A stretch of DNA of 64,000 bases, taken from the NCBI RefSeq assembly GCF_009914755.1, contig NC_060927.1, one strand, 5' to 3'. The position numbers and the translations under genes are program-made. The notes under the pieces are model-generated. The model was not told the origin of the DNA. It searched no databases and worked only from the letters and a program-made list of their open reading frames with translations. Of the stretch, positions 60,861-64,000 are shown piece after piece; the stretch's first letter is position 1; the number at the start of each line of letters is the position of its first letter. Source of the stretch: the human T2T-CHM13v2.0 reference genome, Homo sapiens.

Positions 60861-61371
60861 TCCCCTATATCCCAGTTCATTTCAGGGACACATATCCAAA
60901 CTGTATCTCCCCCATATCCCAATTCATTTCAGTATTTAACTTCTTAAATATTGCCTGGATCTGCACACTTCTGGTACTCCTCACCCCCATCTGTTGCCGG
61001 CCTGGACCAAGTGCCTACCTAATGACTTTTCAACACTCACTTTTTCCTCTCCAATGTATTCTCCAAGCTGCACACAGCAACATTTTAAAAACGTATGCAT
61101 AACTATGCCTTCCCCATGTCACCTATGTTCCCACCACATTGCTCTTCTTCCTGCCCTCAGACATGCCTGGTTTGCACCTGCATGTGAACCTTTGCTCATG
61201 TCGTTTTCTGTCTTTGAAATACCTCTCCCAGATCTCAGCATAGTTTGTCTCTTTTTCAACATTAAATGTCTCACTTCAAACACCACCTCCTTAAGAGATC
61301 TTTCTTGATGATTTTGGAGGAGTGCCCACTCCCAGTCACTTTCTACCACGTTTTTCTACTTTTTATTTGTT

Positions 61372-61707
61372 TGTTTTTTTCTTTTCTTTTCTTTCTTTTT
61401 TTTTTTTTTTTGACAGAGTCTTGCTCTGTCGCCAGGCTGGAGTGCAGTGGCCTGATCTCAGCTCACTGCATCCTCTGCCTCCTGGGTTCAAGCGAGGAGG
61501 CGTGAAGCCGGGAGGTTCTCCTCCCTCGTCCTCCTGAGTAGCTGGGATACAGGCGTGTGCCACCATGCCCAGCTAATTTTTCTATTTTTAGTAGAGACGG
61601 GGTTTCACCGTGTTGGCCAGGATGGTCTCGATCTCTTGACCTCGTGATCTGCCTGCCTCGGCCTCTCAAAGTGCCGGGATTACAGGCATGAGCCACCATG
61701 CCTGGCC
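61372..61707 (-). mobile_element. Alu with an internal 20-bp fold-back insertion
   Basis: Reverse Alu consensus. Confidence 0.92.
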
Positions 61708-61954
61708 TGTTTTTCTTTTTATTTATTTATTTTTAATTCTTTTTTCTTTGTTGATTTTGTTTTTTTTTTTCTATTTGTCTCATAGCATACTTTGTCAGTA
61801 CCTGAAACAATTTTCTATTGGTTAACATATTGGTGTCTGTGTCCTCCACTAGAATTGTAATTCCTGGGCAAGGATTTTAGTCATTTTCTTCACAACTGAA
61901 TTCCATTTCCCTGAATAAATATATGAACAAGTTCCCTAAAAACCCTCAGTAAGG

Positions 61955-62240
61955 CTGTAATCCCAGCACTTTGGGAGGCTGAGGCAGGTGGATCACCTGA
62001 GCTCAGGAGTTCCAGACCAGCCTGAGCAACACGGTGAAACCTCGTCTCTACTAAAAATACAAAAAATTAGCTGGGCGTGGTGGCACGTGCCTGTAACCCC
62101 AGCTACTCAGGAGGCACAAGAATCGCTTGAACCCAGAAGGTAGAGGTTGCAGTGAGCGTGGTGCCACTGCACTCCAGCCTGGGTGACAGAGTAAGATGCT
62201 GTTTAAACAACAACAACAACAACAAACAAACCAAAAAAAC
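61955..62240 (+). mobile_element. 5'-truncated Alu
   Basis: Alu consensus with a (CAA)n tail. Confidence 0.9.
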
Positions 62241-62378
62241 CTCAACAACTCCCCATTGCTCTGAAGATCAAGACCAAAACCTTTAATTTGATCTATAGGA
62301 CTCAAGAGATTTGGTCCTCCCTCCAGCTTATCACACACATCTACCTCTTTGCTCCAGCCACCCTAGCTTTCTTCCACA

Positions 62379-62698
<320 letters not shown>

Positions 62699-64000
62699 GC
62701 TTTCTTCCACATTTTCAAAGACACTGGGCTTCTTCCACCTCCGGGCTTTGGCACATGCTGTTTCATCTGCCTGGGTCACACAAATTTTCACACGATTGGC
62801 TCTTTTCCCCGTTCAGCATTCAGGACCAATGACCTCATTGGACAGGCTTTCCTAACGCTCCATCTAAAGTCACTCCTCATCCTCAGTCACTCTATCCCAT
62901 CATCCTCTTTTACTTTTTTCATAACATTTACTACCAGCTGAAATTAAAATGTTCATTTCCTTGTTACCTGCATCTCCCACAGCATATTAAGTTATATGAG
63001 TTCAGAGATTTTGTGTATGTTGTTCACTGCAGTATCCCTGGTGTCTAGGGTGGTGTCTAGGGTGGTGCCTGGGAACCACTAGGCATTCAAATATTTGTTA
63101 AATAACTGAATGACTCAAAGAAGCTTGGGAGGTAGCAGTTATTACTCCTGTTTTACGAACGAGAAAATGAAGGTCCAAAGAGGTTTTCGTTACCCGCCCA
63201 AGGACCCATAAGCTTGGAAGGGGTAGATCTAGAATGTAAATCCAGACACAGCTCAAAATTGATGTCTCTCTATACTCTAACTCTTTCCCCACCCCCTTCC
63301 CACTCCTTCTAGTTCTGTCATCTGCTTCAGGACTCCTTTGGGAACCTACAAGTTTTGTCACAGATGCCACAGCAGCAAGTGTTTCAGCCTATTACATACA
63401 CACATACATGCAGACATGCACACACAGAGACATGTACATAGACACCCATGCACAAATAAAAAACAGCTGTCTTTCCTAGCATAAAATTCATCTCATTCAT
63501 CTAGATAATTGATGAAATACAACAGAATTAAGGCAGGAGTGCCAATAATTGCATGAAAAATATTGCCCTGTTGCTAAAGAAAATATTCATGTATTCATTT
63601 ATTCAAGCACCTATTATTTATTGTGCTCTGAGGATGCCAACAGATGAGGAAAAACAGACCAGGGAGGAGCATATGTCCATTTGGCCAAGGCATATTAGAT
63701 ATGCTCTACTTCAGCGTTTCTCAAATAAGGGACAGAGGAACATCTGCACCCACTCTCCTAGAATATGGATTCCTGGGTCTCATTCCCTGCTGAAGCGGAA
63801 TTTCTATTTCACTTGAATTTTGCCATAAAACTATGGCTTGGGCACTATGAGTTGTCCCACTTTAGGGATGAGAAAACAAGCATGGGTGGGTTAAAATGAA
63901 TTGGCCAAGGTCACATAGCTAAGCTAGAAATGAGAACTCATGCATAATTCCCAAATCCACTCTCTTAGCCCCTTAACATTATACACTTCATTCTAGACCA

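Overview
Primate (almost certainly human-type) genomic DNA, rich in Alu, L1PA, L2, MIR, LTR and DNA-transposon remnants, with no intact protein-coding gene. The main content is a multi-exon, unprocessed pseudogene of a CDHR3/CDHR4-like cadherin on the minus strand, spanning at least 59194 to 3874. The ORF track mostly misses it. I rebuilt 11 exons by hand from splice sites and reading-frame phases: a signal-peptide exon plus most of cadherin repeats EC1-EC5. Five separate lesions are visible: an apparently missing exon 3, an in-frame TGA in exon 4, a 1-nt frameshift in exon 6, a 1.6-kb L1PA inserted inside exon 7 (17-bp target-site duplication), and a GT>AT donor loss at exon 12. The upstream region carries RFX X-box-like and forkhead motifs. 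EC5 has Cys at the position that aligns with CDHR3 C529Y, the rhinovirus-C receptor variant. It is probably one of the annotated CDHR17P/CDHR18P-type loci, but I cannot assign the symbol from sequence alone. The 3' exons (EC6, transmembrane, cytoplasmic) probably lie beyond the left edge. Secondary observations are templated direct and inverted duplications, a (GAA)27-containing polypurine tract, nested transposons and a CCAAT-rich MER51-like solo LTR.
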